From positions 912,387 to 976,386 of the forward strand of contig CAVUAO010000003.1 in assembly GCA_963739515.1 (NCBI GenBank): 64,000 nt of DNA, read 5' to 3'. This DNA is from an uncultured Chloroflexia bacterium. GTDB taxonomy: Bacteria; Chloroflexota; Dehalococcoidia; Dehalococcoidales; RBG-16-60-22. Position 1 is the first letter of the stretch. Every line of letters begins with the position of its first letter. The notes under the pieces were generated by a model. That model did not search any database and was not told the DNA's origin. It saw only the letters and a list, made by a program, of their open reading frames with translations. Shown one piece after another: positions 45,658 to 55,328 of the stretch. Made by a program: the position numbers and the translations under genes.

Positions 45658-45941
45658 TATGGGACGTAACCGGCGTTTCGCCTCATCGGTGGCCAGCCCG
45701 GCCGAAGGTGCCCGCAGGAGCCGCGGAACTGGCGAGTCTGGCCGGGGGACTACCCGAGTGGCTGGACAGGATGATGAAGACAGCCGAGCGGGGGGAGATA
45801 CAGGTACGCGCCGATGTGTCCGGCGTGGAACAACATATTCACCGCCTGGAACGGATAGTAAACAGGACCATCATAGTTATTATCGGTGCCGCTCTTCTTA
45901 TCGGGTTGGCGCTGTTCTTTGTGGGTTTACGGCTGGGGTAA
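45654..45941 (+). CDS. small membrane-anchored protein homologous to the C-terminal tail of ABC1/UbiB kinases (possible gene fragment)
   Basis: GLPEWLDRMMKTAERGEIQVRADVSGVEQHIHRLERIVNRTIIVIIGAALLIGLALFF aligns with GLPRRIIRIIRSVERGELRIRSEVLGLETHMEHLERIVKLLVIGLIGAAVILGAALAF of 63334-63969. Confidence 0.45.
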   Translation: MIWDVTGVSPHRWPARPKVPAGAAELASLAGGLPEWLDRMMKTAERGEIQVRADVSGVEQHIHRLERIVNRTIIVIIGAALLIGLALFFVGLRLG

Positions 45942-46046
45942 CCAGGAAATTCGCGCAAGAATAATTGAGCAGACTCATGCTATTATTATTATCGTCCGAC
46001 TAAACGGAGAGGTTCCTGTTCTCCCGCAAAAGACCAGGAGGGGAAA

Positions 46047-46682
46047 ATGATAAGATTACTAAAAAAACTGTTGACTTTTATAATCTATGGCTTAGTTTTC
46101 TGGCTTCCGGTTATATTGGTGGTCTACATAGCGGTTTTTCTTATTAACAATGCTGAAAAGATCGGGAAAATGATTCTGGGCGTGGCCGTGCCTGATAAGT
46201 ATTTATATTACGGTCTCGGTATTGCCCTTTGCGTACTGATTATATTTTTATCCGGGATGTTATTGAAATTGACCAGAGTCGGGAAAGTGCTTTCTAAGAT
46301 TCCGGTTATAGGACTCTTTTTTGCCCAGGGCGAAATAATGACGATTAACAGACTGAGTCATATGCAGCCCTGCCTTTTCTTATATTCACCAACCTGTATT
46401 TCTTATGGCTGGATACTCTCCGAGGAAAAGGTCAAACTAAGTAAAGATAACGCCGTTTTCCCCATAATAAACGTGTATTTCGCCAACGTGCCAACCTTTA
46501 TTACCGGACAGGTTTTCGCGGTAAGGAAAGACACGGTCATGAAACTCGCTAATTCTTCATCCGAGGTAATTAACCTTCTGCTTTATGCCTTCCGCAGCCC
46601 GGCGGCCCTCGAATATATTCCATGGGAAGATGAATCTCAAGAAGAATTTAGAGAAAGATCAAAATTATTCGGGCTGAAGTAG
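46047..46682 (+). CDS. membrane protein (DUF502-like, tentative)
   Basis: 211 aa with two N-terminal TM helices followed by a soluble domain. Confidence 0.5.
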   Translation: MIRLLKKLLTFIIYGLVFWLPVILVVYIAVFLINNAEKIGKMILGVAVPDKYLYYGLGIALCVLIIFLSGMLLKLTRVGKVLSKIPVIGLFFAQGEIMTINRLSHMQPCLFLYSPTCISYGWILSEEKVKLSKDNAVFPIINVYFANVPTFITGQVFAVRKDTVMKLANSSSEVINLLLYAFRSPAALEYIPWEDESQEEFRERSKLFGLK

Positions 46683-46837
46683 CACTCAGAGAAATTGTCC
46701 CCGGCCTGTCCCGAAAGAAAATAATATTAAGTGGTGGCAAATCAAATAAAGCGCTTATTACATCGGACAAAAGACCGTCTGCTAAAAATTCCTGCTGTGC
46801 AGTTGATATACCGCACCGCAGAGAAAAAGGAGGCAAC

Positions 46838-46993
46838 ATGTTCCTATTATTAGTTCTTGGTATTATTCTCTTGATCTTGTGGGCACTGGGAATGTTCGTC
46901 TGGACTCTGGGCGCTCTTATCCATATCGCGCTGGTTATCGCCGTCATTTTAATCATCATCTGGCTGATAAGAGCAGTGTTCAGGAGAGGTTAG
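46838..46993 (+). CDS. lmo0937-family small membrane protein (51 aa)
   Basis: Own translation: MFLLLVLGIILLILWALGMFVWTLGALIHIALVIAVILIIIWLIRAVFRRG. AAAGGAGG lies 6 nt upstream. It is below the size cut-off of the ORF track. Confidence 0.65.
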   Translation: MFLLLVLGIILLILWALGMFVWTLGALIHIALVIAVILIIIWLIRAVFRRG

Positions 46994-47183
46994 GAGATTC
47001 CGGCCTTTAAGCAAGACTCCGCGTCCGGGATAGAAAATTATGAGTGCCTCGGGCAAATCTTTGCGTGGTGCGTTTTGCTTTTAGTAATTTGTTGTTGACG
47101 TTGTCATGCCTTTGAATTAAGATAGCAGTACTGCTAATTATTCGTTCGTTATTGTTATTACGTTTGAACGTGGAAAATTGTAG

Positions 47184-48185
47184 ATGAAAAGTACGCATTC
47201 TCAACGTCCGATTGAACGTAATATTGCCATGGAGTTAGTGCGCGTCACCGAAGCGGCCGCTATGGCGGCCGCTCGCTATCTGGGCAGGGGCGATAAAAAA
47301 CTGGTAGACGAGGCAGCGGTAGCGGCCATGCGCTATACTTTAGGCTTCATCCGGATGGACGGAATCGTGGTCATCGGTGAGGGGGAAAAAGACGAAGCTC
47401 CCATGTTATATATCGGGGAGCGTATTGGCGACGGCTCCGATTTACAGGTGGATATTGCCGTCGATCCCATTGACGGGACGACCTCGGTTGCCAGAGGTCT
47501 CCCCGGGGCTATCTCGGTGGTAGCGCTTTCGGCTAAGGGCACGATAAACTGCCCCCGGCAATTTGTTTATATGAACAAAATCGTCACCGGACCGGAAGCC
47601 AAAGACTACATAGATATCAATGCATCGGTAGCGGAAAACTTGAAGAACATAGCCAGCGCCAAGAAGAAAAGGGTGTCAGAGTTAACGGTAGTAGTCTTAG
47701 ACAGGCCGCGTCACGAACAGTTGTTATCGGATATCAGAAGTGCCGGCGCCAGGGTCAAATTGATTTCTGACGGGGATGTTTCCGCGAGTATCGAAGCCGC
47801 TCTGCCTGAAAAAGAGGTTGATGCCCTTATGGGCATCGGAGGCACCCCGGAAGGGGTCCTCTCCGCCGCGGCGATACACTGTATCGGGGGCGGCATTCAA
47901 TGTAAAGCCTGGCCCCGTGATGACGCCGAAATAAAGGCCGCTATCGCCGCAGGAATCGATGTTGATAAGGTCTATAAGACGCAGGACTTAATAGATAGTG
48001 ATGACGTGTTTTTTGCCGCTACCGGCGTTAGCAGCGGCGAACTATTGAAGGGGGTACGGTACTTTAGCGGCGGGGTACAGACTCAGTCTATCGCGATGCG
48101 CTGCCGTTCTGGTACCGTCCGCTGGATAGATGCCTGGCACAACTTTGACCGACTTGATAAATTGAGCTTTTTTAAGCTACATTGA
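47184..48185 (+). CDS. glpX: class II fructose-1,6-bisphosphatase
   Basis: ELVRVTEAAAMAAARYLGRGDK...DIAVDPIDGTT...GIGGTPEGV motifs. Confidence 0.9.
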   Translation: MKSTHSQRPIERNIAMELVRVTEAAAMAAARYLGRGDKKLVDEAAVAAMRYTLGFIRMDGIVVIGEGEKDEAPMLYIGERIGDGSDLQVDIAVDPIDGTTSVARGLPGAISVVALSAKGTINCPRQFVYMNKIVTGPEAKDYIDINASVAENLKNIASAKKKRVSELTVVVLDRPRHEQLLSDIRSAGARVKLISDGDVSASIEAALPEKEVDALMGIGGTPEGVLSAAAIHCIGGGIQCKAWPRDDAEIKAAIAAGIDVDKVYKTQDLIDSDDVFFAATGVSSGELLKGVRYFSGGVQTQSIAMRCRSGTVRWIDAWHNFDRLDKLSFFKLH

Positions 48186-48206
48186 AAAAGGCGTTACTTC
48201 ACCCCA

Positions 48207-49478
48207 TCAGTCCGGCCCTATAACCATGCCTTCGGGAACGACAACTATGCCTTTATCCGATATGGTGCAGCCTTTCCTCGCATCCTCCTCCAGGTCATAC
48301 CCGATTGATACGCCAGACTTGATTCTCACCCCGATGTCGACGATGGCTCGCTTAATCTTGGCACCGGGTTCTATATTGACATCATCAAATATTATCGATT
48401 CCTCGACTGACGCATCTCTCTCCGCGATTACGCCCGGAGACAGAATAGATTTCCACACCGTGCCGCCGCTAATGATACAGCCATCCGACACCATAGAATC
48501 CGATGCCTTTCCTCCGAAGATAAACTTGCTCGGAGGCAGCGACCTCTCATAAGCCCTGAAAGGCCACTTCTCACCGTAGAGATTGAGAGGGGGGTCCACA
48601 CTTACCAGGTCCATACTCGCTTCATAATACGAATCAATGGAGCCGATATCCTTCCAGTAAGAAGAATCGCGCGTCTTCTCAACCAGAACCTTATGCCTGG
48701 TACCGTCCTTCACCTCAACCACGAAATCCTCAATCTTGTTCTCCTTTTCGTACTCGTAGGTGAAGATATTAAGGCCTCGGCTGATTGCCTTGGGAATAAT
48801 ACCCTTACCGAAGTCGTCGTCTGGTTCTTGTAGGACTTCTCTCAGGGTACCAACTCTAAATACATAAACCCCCATGGAACCAAGGACGTGTTCCGGAGCC
48901 CCGGCAGTTGTCTCTGGCTGTGGAGGTTTTTCATGGAACCCGACCACCCTGTGGTCATGGTCTTCTTCAAGCACTCCCAGCCTTCCCGCCGCCTCTTCCG
49001 GCCTTACCCTGATAGCCGATATAGTGAGATCCGCTTTCTTCATCTCGTGATAGTCTACTATCTGACGATAGTTCATCTTATAGATATGGTCACCAGAGAG
49101 AATCAGGACAGGATCGCTAGCCCTTCCCTTGACCAGATCAAGATTTTGCCGTATGGCGTCTGCCGTGCCGCGGTACCAATCTGTACCTACCTTCCGCTGC
49201 GCCGGCACGCAGTAGATGTAGTCCCCCAACCTTGAACCCGAGATGCCCCAGCCATTCTGGATATGTTTATGCAATGAGTCTGACAGGTACTGGGTGAGAA
49301 TGGAAATCTGGCGGATACCCGAGTTGATGCAGTTGCTCAGCGTGAAATCGATGATCAGGTATTTGCCTCCGAAAGGAACCGCCGCTTTTGATCGCCCTCT
49401 CGTTAAGGGCTGCAGCCTTTCACCAGCTCCGCCTGCCATTACAATTACTTGGACATTGTTCACTGTTATACCCCGCAA
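48207..49478 (-). CDS. glgC: glucose-1-phosphate adenylyltransferase
   Basis: VIVMAGGAGERLQPLTRGRSKAAVPFGGKYLIIDFTLSNCINSG plus a C-terminal left-handed beta-helix. Confidence 0.9.
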   Translation of the reverse strand: MRGITVNNVQVIVMAGGAGERLQPLTRGRSKAAVPFGGKYLIIDFTLSNCINSGIRQISILTQYLSDSLHKHIQNGWGISGSRLGDYIYCVPAQRKVGTDWYRGTADAIRQNLDLVKGRASDPVLILSGDHIYKMNYRQIVDYHEMKKADLTISAIRVRPEEAAGRLGVLEEDHDHRVVGFHEKPPQPETTAGAPEHVLGSMGVYVFRVGTLREVLQEPDDDFGKGIIPKAISRGLNIFTYEYEKENKIEDFVVEVKDGTRHKVLVEKTRDSSYWKDIGSIDSYYEASMDLVSVDPPLNLYGEKWPFRAYERSLPPSKFIFGGKASDSMVSDGCIISGGTVWKSILSPGVIAERDASVEESIIFDDVNIEPGAKIKRAIVDIGVRIKSGVSIGYDLEEDARKGCTISDKGIVVVPEGMVIGPD

Positions 49479-49664
49479 CGTCCTTTATTCACTCATTATA
49501 TCAAACTCGAGGGCATTGGCAAGTCGTTCCTCTTTTGCGATATCCTTTGATTCAAACACCTAATCCTATGGCGATGATATCTGTTACTCTAACTCGAAAG
49601 GTGGTACAATCCCTGAGAGAAAGTCAACTAGAAATAGAATTACACAATTTATGGGAGCATCAAT

Positions 49665-49994
49665 ATGAATATCTATATCGGTAATTTGGCGCCTGAGGTG
49701 ACGGAAGAGGAACTTAAACAGGAATTCACGGCCTTTGGGAAAGTTACGTCTGTAAATATCATAAAAGATAAGTACAGTGGCCAATCAAGGGGATTTGGAT
49801 TTATTGAGATGCCCTCAATGACTGAAGGCCAGGCCGCGATTAATAGCCTCAAAGGGAAAACGCTAAAGGACCGGACGCTTGAGGTTAGTGAGGCCCGCCC
49901 TCGCTCCGAGAGAGGCTCCTACCGCGACCAGAGGAGCGGCTCTTATGGGGGCAGGAGTAGTAGTTTCGGTGGCGGCGGCAAACAGCCAGGATAA
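49665..49994 (+). CDS. RNA-binding protein with RRM domain and Gly/Ser/Arg-rich tail
   Basis: RNP-2 IYIGNL and RNP-1 RGFGFIEM motifs. Confidence 0.9.
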   Translation: MNIYIGNLAPEVTEEELKQEFTAFGKVTSVNIIKDKYSGQSRGFGFIEMPSMTEGQAAINSLKGKTLKDRTLEVSEARPRSERGSYRDQRSGSYGGRSSSFGGGGKQPG

Positions 49995-50144
49995 CCTTCT
50001 ACCATTGGAAATTCGAATGGCCAGACTAAATAGGCGAAACATGCGATCCAAAAATGTATGTAGCCAGTCACCTGTTATGTATGTTTCTGCAACAAAGTGA
50101 TTTGCGGCCGGTTCTATAATTATCCAATTTTGGGAGGAAGAATA

Positions 50145-50447
50145 ATGGGAGATCAAAAAGAACAACCACAAAAAGATGACAAGCGCTCGGGAAAACGAGC
50201 TGCAGAGGAAGCTGAGCGTATCACTAAAGAGCAGTTAAGAAAGAGAGCTTATTTAGTTAAAGAAGAGACGATTGAAAAAGCTTCGAAAGCAAGAAAAACC
50301 AGGCAGATGGAAAAGCAGACTGCCGAGGAAATTAGGCAATCAGATAAAGACCAAACGAGAAAGAAAATCTACTTTGCTAAGGAGCAGGCGCTAGCCGAGG
50401 CTCAGGAGGCGAGGAAGCTTAAGGCTAAAAATCAACCACCACGGTAA
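50145..50447 (+). CDS. Lys/Glu-rich hypothetical protein with internal duplication
   Basis: A GGGAGG RBS precedes ATG 50145. KEQLRKRAYLVKEETIEKASKARK and KDQTRKKIYFAKEQALAEAQEARK are repeats. Confidence 0.45.
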   Translation: MGDQKEQPQKDDKRSGKRAAEEAERITKEQLRKRAYLVKEETIEKASKARKTRQMEKQTAEEIRQSDKDQTRKKIYFAKEQALAEAQEARKLKAKNQPPR

Positions 50448-50606
50448 GCGAGAAACCGAGAATTCTCTCGTTTCACATTGGAAGGCTCAGGCTCAAAGAG
50501 TTATGGGCATATTGGGCTCTGAAGTCAGGCACCTAGGGATTATCTTGAGTTTGCCGAATTTCTAGCGAGGCTCTGGCACTAATATATAAATATTTTACAA
50601 ATACTA

Positions 50607-50635
50607 TTGATTTTCTTAGAGATACTTGGTATTAT
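50607..50635 (+). promoter_or_regulatory. sigma70-type promoter upstream of the response regulator
   Basis: TTGATT, 17-nt spacer, TATTAT. Confidence 0.5.
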
Positions 50636-50682
50636 TGTACAAATGAACCAATGTACCTGAATATCTCGAAACTGAATACAAG

Positions 50683-51165
50683 ATGATTATACAAAAAGAC
50701 ATTCATATCAGAATCCCGCAGGAGCTGTATACCAAGTTAAAGGTAAAATGCGCCTATGGTGGCACTTCTATGCAAGACTACATCATTAAATTAATAACCT
50801 TGGGTATAGAAAATCTTTCCGGCAAAAAAAGGTCCGTCCTGATAGTGGATGATGAAAAAATCATGCGCGAGTCTCTAAGGGACTGGCTTAAGGATGGTTA
50901 TGAGGTAACCACGGCTGAAACCGGCGAAGAAGCTATTGAACTGGTAAAAAACCATGATTTTGACGCTTTTGTTCTGGATGTAAGATTAACAGGGAAAAGC
51001 GGTATTGACGTACTGAAAGAAGTTAAACAGATAAAACCGCAAATCAATTCCATTATTATGACCGCTTATCCCTCGGTGGAATTAGCGGTCGAAGCGATGA
51101 AAGCGGGCGCCACAGAATATATCGTGAAACCTTTTTCTCCAAATCAGCTGGAAAAGCTTATCTGA
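50683..51165 (+). CDS. response regulator: N-terminal ribbon-helix-helix-like domain plus C-terminal receiver domain
   Basis: IHIRIPQELYTKLKVKCAYGGTSMQDYIIKLI fits an RHH pattern. REC motifs are VLIVDDE, DAFVLDVRL and YIVKPF. Confidence 0.75.
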   Translation: MIIQKDIHIRIPQELYTKLKVKCAYGGTSMQDYIIKLITLGIENLSGKKRSVLIVDDEKIMRESLRDWLKDGYEVTTAETGEEAIELVKNHDFDAFVLDVRLTGKSGIDVLKEVKQIKPQINSIIMTAYPSVELAVEAMKAGATEYIVKPFSPNQLEKLI

Positions 51166-51371
51166 CGAGTCAATTAAATGTCAATAATAATTAGCCATGA
51201 GAAAAGATAGGAACACAGATGTGCCAGATATTAAGCAAAAGGCAACTTAATAGCAGGTGAGATGTTTAAATACACTCACCTTTATTATATGTATTGTCAA
51301 AACCACTTTGAATGCGGCACCGGAGCGCCGTTATAACTTTTTTCGTTTCTAGCTTTTAAGGAGGCAGATGC

Positions 51372-54300
51372 ATGGAGCCGAAAATAGGTGTGTATATTTG
51401 CGATTGTGGTTCTAATATTGGAGGCATGGTAGACGTCCCCAAGGTAGTGGATTTTATCAAAGGTCTCCCAACAGTCACCGTTGCCCGCGAATACAAGTTC
51501 ATGTGTTCCAGTCCGGGGCAAGAACTGATTGCGGATGATATCAAAGAGCTCGGCTTGAACCGGGTGGTCGTAGCCTCCTGTTCCCCACAAATGCACGAGC
51601 CTACTTTCCGTCGTTTGATGAAAAAAGCGGGACTTAACCCCTACCTGTTTGAAATGGCGAATATCCGTGAACATGCCTCCTGGGTGACCGACAAACCGGA
51701 GGATGCCACGGAAAAAGCTAAGGCACTGGTTAACGCCGCGGTAAGGCGGGTATATTACCAGGAACCGCTCGAAACGAAGGAAGTACCAATCAACCCCAAC
51801 ACGCTGGTAGTCGGTGGCGGTGTTGCCGGAATCCAGGCTGCCATAGAGATTGCCGACTCCGGAAACAAGGTATATCTGGTGGAAAGAGAGCCGAGTATTG
51901 GCGGTCACATGATTCAACTGGATAAGACCTTCCCCACCCTGGATTGTTCTGCCTGTATCCTCACCCCGAAAATGACGCTGGCAGGTTCGCATCCGTTTAT
52001 TGAACTGATGAGTTATAGCGAAGTGACTGAAGTATCCGGTTTTATCGGGAATTTTACCGTCAAAATACGTAAGAAGCCAAGGTACATTGATGTTAAAGAA
52101 TGCAACGGCTGCGCGGACTGTGAAAAGGTATGCCCGGTAACAGTGCCGTCCGAATTTAACATGAAATTAGGCACCAGGAAAGCCGCCTACCGCCCCTTTG
52201 CGCAGGCTGTCCCGAGTGCCTTCGTCATTGAAAAGCTCGGAAAATCACCGTGTTCGGTAACCTGCCCGGCCGGCGTTAACGCCCACGGATATGTAGCACT
52301 GATTTCTCAGGGTAAATTCAAAGAGGCCATGGAAGTGCTACGCCGGACCATGCCTTTCGCCGGAGTCTGTGGTAGAGTCTGTACCCATCCCTGTGAAACC
52401 GAGTGCGAGCGGGGTAAAGTCGACCAGCCGATAGCTATCAGAGCGCTGAAACGTTTCATGGCCGATTATGAACTTAAACACGGACGTGAGAAGGCTGCAC
52501 CGATAGAAAAGACCAAACAAGATAAGGTGGCAGTCATCGGTTCAGGCCCCGCCGGCATGGCCTGTGCCTATGATCTGGCTAAAGCCGGTTATCCCGTGAC
52601 TATCTTTGAAGCGGCCAGTAAAGCCGGAGGCATGTTACGCTACGGAATTCCCGAATACCGCCTGCCCAAAGATATACTGGACAATGAAATTAATTATGTA
52701 AAAGAGCTGGGAGTAGAGATTAAGACTAAATCCGCGGTAACGAACCTGGATGAAATCCTTGGTAAGGGTTATAAGGCGGTATTCCTGGCGAATGGCGCCT
52801 GGGTCAGTCAGAAAATGAATATCCCCGGCGAAGATGCCAAAGGAGTACTTCATGCCATCGATTTCTTAAAAAAGGTGAGCGAGGGCATGAAAGTAGAACT
52901 CGGCAATAAAGTCGCTGTAGTAGGCGGCGGCAATGCGGCCGTTGATGCGGCCCGTACCGCCGTGCGTCTGGGCGCCAAAGAAGTAAGCGTCATCTACCGG
53001 CGGTCCCGCGCTGAAATGCCGGCCATCCCCAGTGAAGTCGATGAAATGGAGCAGGAAGGCGTTAAAATCCGCTATTTGACCACGCCCACCGAGGTCATAG
53101 CCAGGGACGGAAAACTGGTCAAAATAATGTGCATGAAGATGGAACTCGGTGAGCCGGATGCCTCCGGCCGCCGGCGCCCGGTGCCGGTAAAAGGGTCCGA
53201 ATTTGAGCTGGATATAGATACCATGATTCTGGCCACCGGTCAGGCGGTAGATAAATCCGGATTGCTGGGAAAGATTGACTTTTCTGAGTCCGGCACCGTT
53301 AAGGCCGACCCCATTACTTTTCAGACCAGTTTCAAGGGGGTATTTGCCGGCGGCGATGTGGTTTCCGGTCCGGCCACCGTCATTGAAGCGGTGGCCGCCG
53401 GTAAAGAAGCCGCCATCTCCATCGAGAGATACCTGCAGGGCATCGACCTGAAGGAGGGAAGGCCGGCGGTAAGAGAACGCGTCAAGGACATACCCAAGCA
53501 AGGAGTGGCGAAGAAACTAAGGGCCGTCATGCCGCTGGTATCCGCGGCCGAAAGGATTAAGACCTTTAATGAGGTGGAGGCAGGATTCGACGAAAAGATG
53601 GCTGTAGAAGAGGCGAACCGCTGCCTGAACTGCGCTGTTTGTTCCGAGTGTCTACTGTGTGTCACGGCCTGTGAGCGTAACGCCGTACACCATGAACAAA
53701 AAGAGGAAATCGTCGAGGTCAATGTCGGTAACATCATACTCGCTACAGGCTACAGGGAGTTCGACCCCTCCGTCATGCAAAAATACGGCTACGGGCGCCT
53801 GGATAACGTCATTACCGGTCTGGAGTTTGAGCGGATAGTCAATTCCGCTGGCCCCACCGGTGGCAAGATATTGCTGAAGAATGGTGAAGAACCGAAGAGC
53901 ATCGCTATTGTGCACTGCGTCGGCAGCCGGGACATCAATCACCACGAATACTGCTCGTCAGTCTGCTGTATGTACTCGCTGAAGTTTTCTCACCTGCTGA
54001 GGGAGCATTTACCCAGGGCCGAGGTCTACGAGTTTTATATCGATATCAGGGCACCCCGTAAAGGTTTTGAGGAATTTTACAACCGAATTTTAAAAGAAGG
54101 AACGATTCTATATCGGGGCCGTCCCGGAGAAATCACCGACGTAGCGGAAACACCCTACGAAAGGGGCAAACTAATCGTCAAGTTTGAGAATAGCCTTATT
54201 GGCGAAAGAGAACGCCTGCCCGTTGACATGGTTATTCTCAGCGCTGCCCTGGAGCCTCAAAAAGACGCCCATGAAGTCGCCAGGATATTCAATATCAGTT

Positions 54301-54716
54301 GTGGCGCCGGCGACTTTTTCATCGAAAGACATCCCAAGCTCGACCCGGTGGCGACGATGACCGAAGGTGTGTTCATTGCCGGTTGTTGTGAAAGTCCCAA
54401 GGATATCCGGGACAGTGTGGCCCAGGCTTCTGCCGCGGCGGCGAGGATTCTCGCTCTAATCAGTAAGGGGGTAGTGGAAACGGAAGCTACTATCGCGGAG
54501 GTAAACGAAGAACAATGCTCCGGCTGCCGGATTTGTAATTTACTTTGCCCCTATGGCGCTATCACCTATATTGAAGATAAAAAGGTGTCCAGGATCAACA
54601 GCGCCATCTGCAAAGGCTGCGGAGCTTGTGTGGCCGCCTGCCCGAGCTCTGCCATCAAACACAAACACTACACTTCAGAAGAAATTATGGCACAGATTGA
54701 AGGTATTCTCGTGTAA
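51372..54716 (+). CDS. hdrA: giant HdrA-type flavoprotein with an inserted GltD/NfnB-like NAD(P)H-binding module (HdrL-like)
   Basis: HdrA N-terminus: IGVYICDCGSNIGGMVD, FAD motif LVVGGGVAGIQAA. Insert: CPAGVNAHGY...CGRVCTHPCETECERG, VAVIGSGPAGMACAYDL, VAVVGGGNAAVDAART. HdrA C-terminus has two CxxCxxCxxxCP motifs. Confidence 0.8.
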   Translation: MEPKIGVYICDCGSNIGGMVDVPKVVDFIKGLPTVTVAREYKFMCSSPGQELIADDIKELGLNRVVVASCSPQMHEPTFRRLMKKAGLNPYLFEMANIREHASWVTDKPEDATEKAKALVNAAVRRVYYQEPLETKEVPINPNTLVVGGGVAGIQAAIEIADSGNKVYLVEREPSIGGHMIQLDKTFPTLDCSACILTPKMTLAGSHPFIELMSYSEVTEVSGFIGNFTVKIRKKPRYIDVKECNGCADCEKVCPVTVPSEFNMKLGTRKAAYRPFAQAVPSAFVIEKLGKSPCSVTCPAGVNAHGYVALISQGKFKEAMEVLRRTMPFAGVCGRVCTHPCETECERGKVDQPIAIRALKRFMADYELKHGREKAAPIEKTKQDKVAVIGSGPAGMACAYDLAKAGYPVTIFEAASKAGGMLRYGIPEYRLPKDILDNEINYVKELGVEIKTKSAVTNLDEILGKGYKAVFLANGAWVSQKMNIPGEDAKGVLHAIDFLKKVSEGMKVELGNKVAVVGGGNAAVDAARTAVRLGAKEVSVIYRRSRAEMPAIPSEVDEMEQEGVKIRYLTTPTEVIARDGKLVKIMCMKMELGEPDASGRRRPVPVKGSEFELDIDTMILATGQAVDKSGLLGKIDFSESGTVKADPITFQTSFKGVFAGGDVVSGPATVIEAVAAGKEAAISIERYLQGIDLKEGRPAVRERVKDIPKQGVAKKLRAVMPLVSAAERIKTFNEVEAGFDEKMAVEEANRCLNCAVCSECLLCVTACERNAVHHEQKEEIVEVNVGNIILATGYREFDPSVMQKYGYGRLDNVITGLEFERIVNSAGPTGGKILLKNGEEPKSIAIVHCVGSRDINHHEYCSSVCCMYSLKFSHLLREHLPRAEVYEFYIDIRAPRKGFEEFYNRILKEGTILYRGRPGEITDVAETPYERGKLIVKFENSLIGERERLPVDMVILSAALEPQKDAHEVARIFNISCGAGDFFIERHPKLDPVATMTEGVFIAGCCESPKDIRDSVAQASAAAARILALISKGVVETEATIAEVNEEQCSGCRICNLLCPYGAITYIEDKKVSRINSAICKGCGACVAACPSSAIKHKHYTSEEIMAQIEGILV

Positions 54717-54749
54717 ATTTAGCTACATGAGACTGTGAAGGGGGACAAT

Positions 54750-55328
54750 ATGGAAACAACAACAATAAGGGAAGCCAAGACATTCGTGGATGAAGTGGCT
54801 GCCGAGCCTGGCGGAGAGAAGATAAATGAATGTATCCAGTGCGGGGTATGCAGTGGTTCCTGCCCGACCGTAGAATGGTGGGAATACCCGCCAAGAAAGA
54901 TAATCGCCATGATTCGAGCCGGCAAGAGGGACAAAGTGCTTTCCAGCACATCCGCTTTTAACTGCGTCACCTGCTACTCGTGCACAGTACGCTGCCCCAG
55001 GGGCATTAAACCTTCCCAGCTAATACACGCCGTCGAAGCCATTGCCGAGCGTGAGGGATATAAACCGAAGACCCCGACTTTAATCCTGCACCGGGGATTG
55101 CGCGACGGCATGAAACGGGGACGTCTCTGGGAGTTCAGCCTAGCGATGAGCTTTTACATCAAGACAAATTTATTTGAAGGAATGCGGATGTTGCCCGTAG
55201 CCTGGGACCTATTTTCTCGCGGGCTTATGCCGATTTTCCCCCCTAAAAGAAGTAAGAAGGGTAGCGTGGAGGTTACGGCCATCATGAAAGCGGTTACATT
55301 GATGCAAAAGAGCGGAGGTGTAAAGTGA
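54750..55328 (+). CDS. hdrC: heterodisulfide reductase subunit C-like
   Basis: CIQCGVCSGSCP and CVTCYSCTVRCP. Start set at ATG 54750 after AAGGGGG. Confidence 0.8.
   Translation: METTTIREAKTFVDEVAAEPGGEKINECIQCGVCSGSCPTVEWWEYPPRKIIAMIRAGKRDKVLSSTSAFNCVTCYSCTVRCPRGIKPSQLIHAVEAIAEREGYKPKTPTLILHRGLRDGMKRGRLWEFSLAMSFYIKTNLFEGMRMLPVAWDLFSRGLMPIFPPKRSKKGSVEVTAIMKAVTLMQKSGGVK

Noticed and set aside
47140-47150. ATTCGTTCGTT upstream of glpX as another member of the AAAAACGAAT motif family.
   Set aside because: Only a 7-8-nt partial match is present, without the flanking TTAnCATAA or AGCTAAC context. It is indistinguishable from chance.
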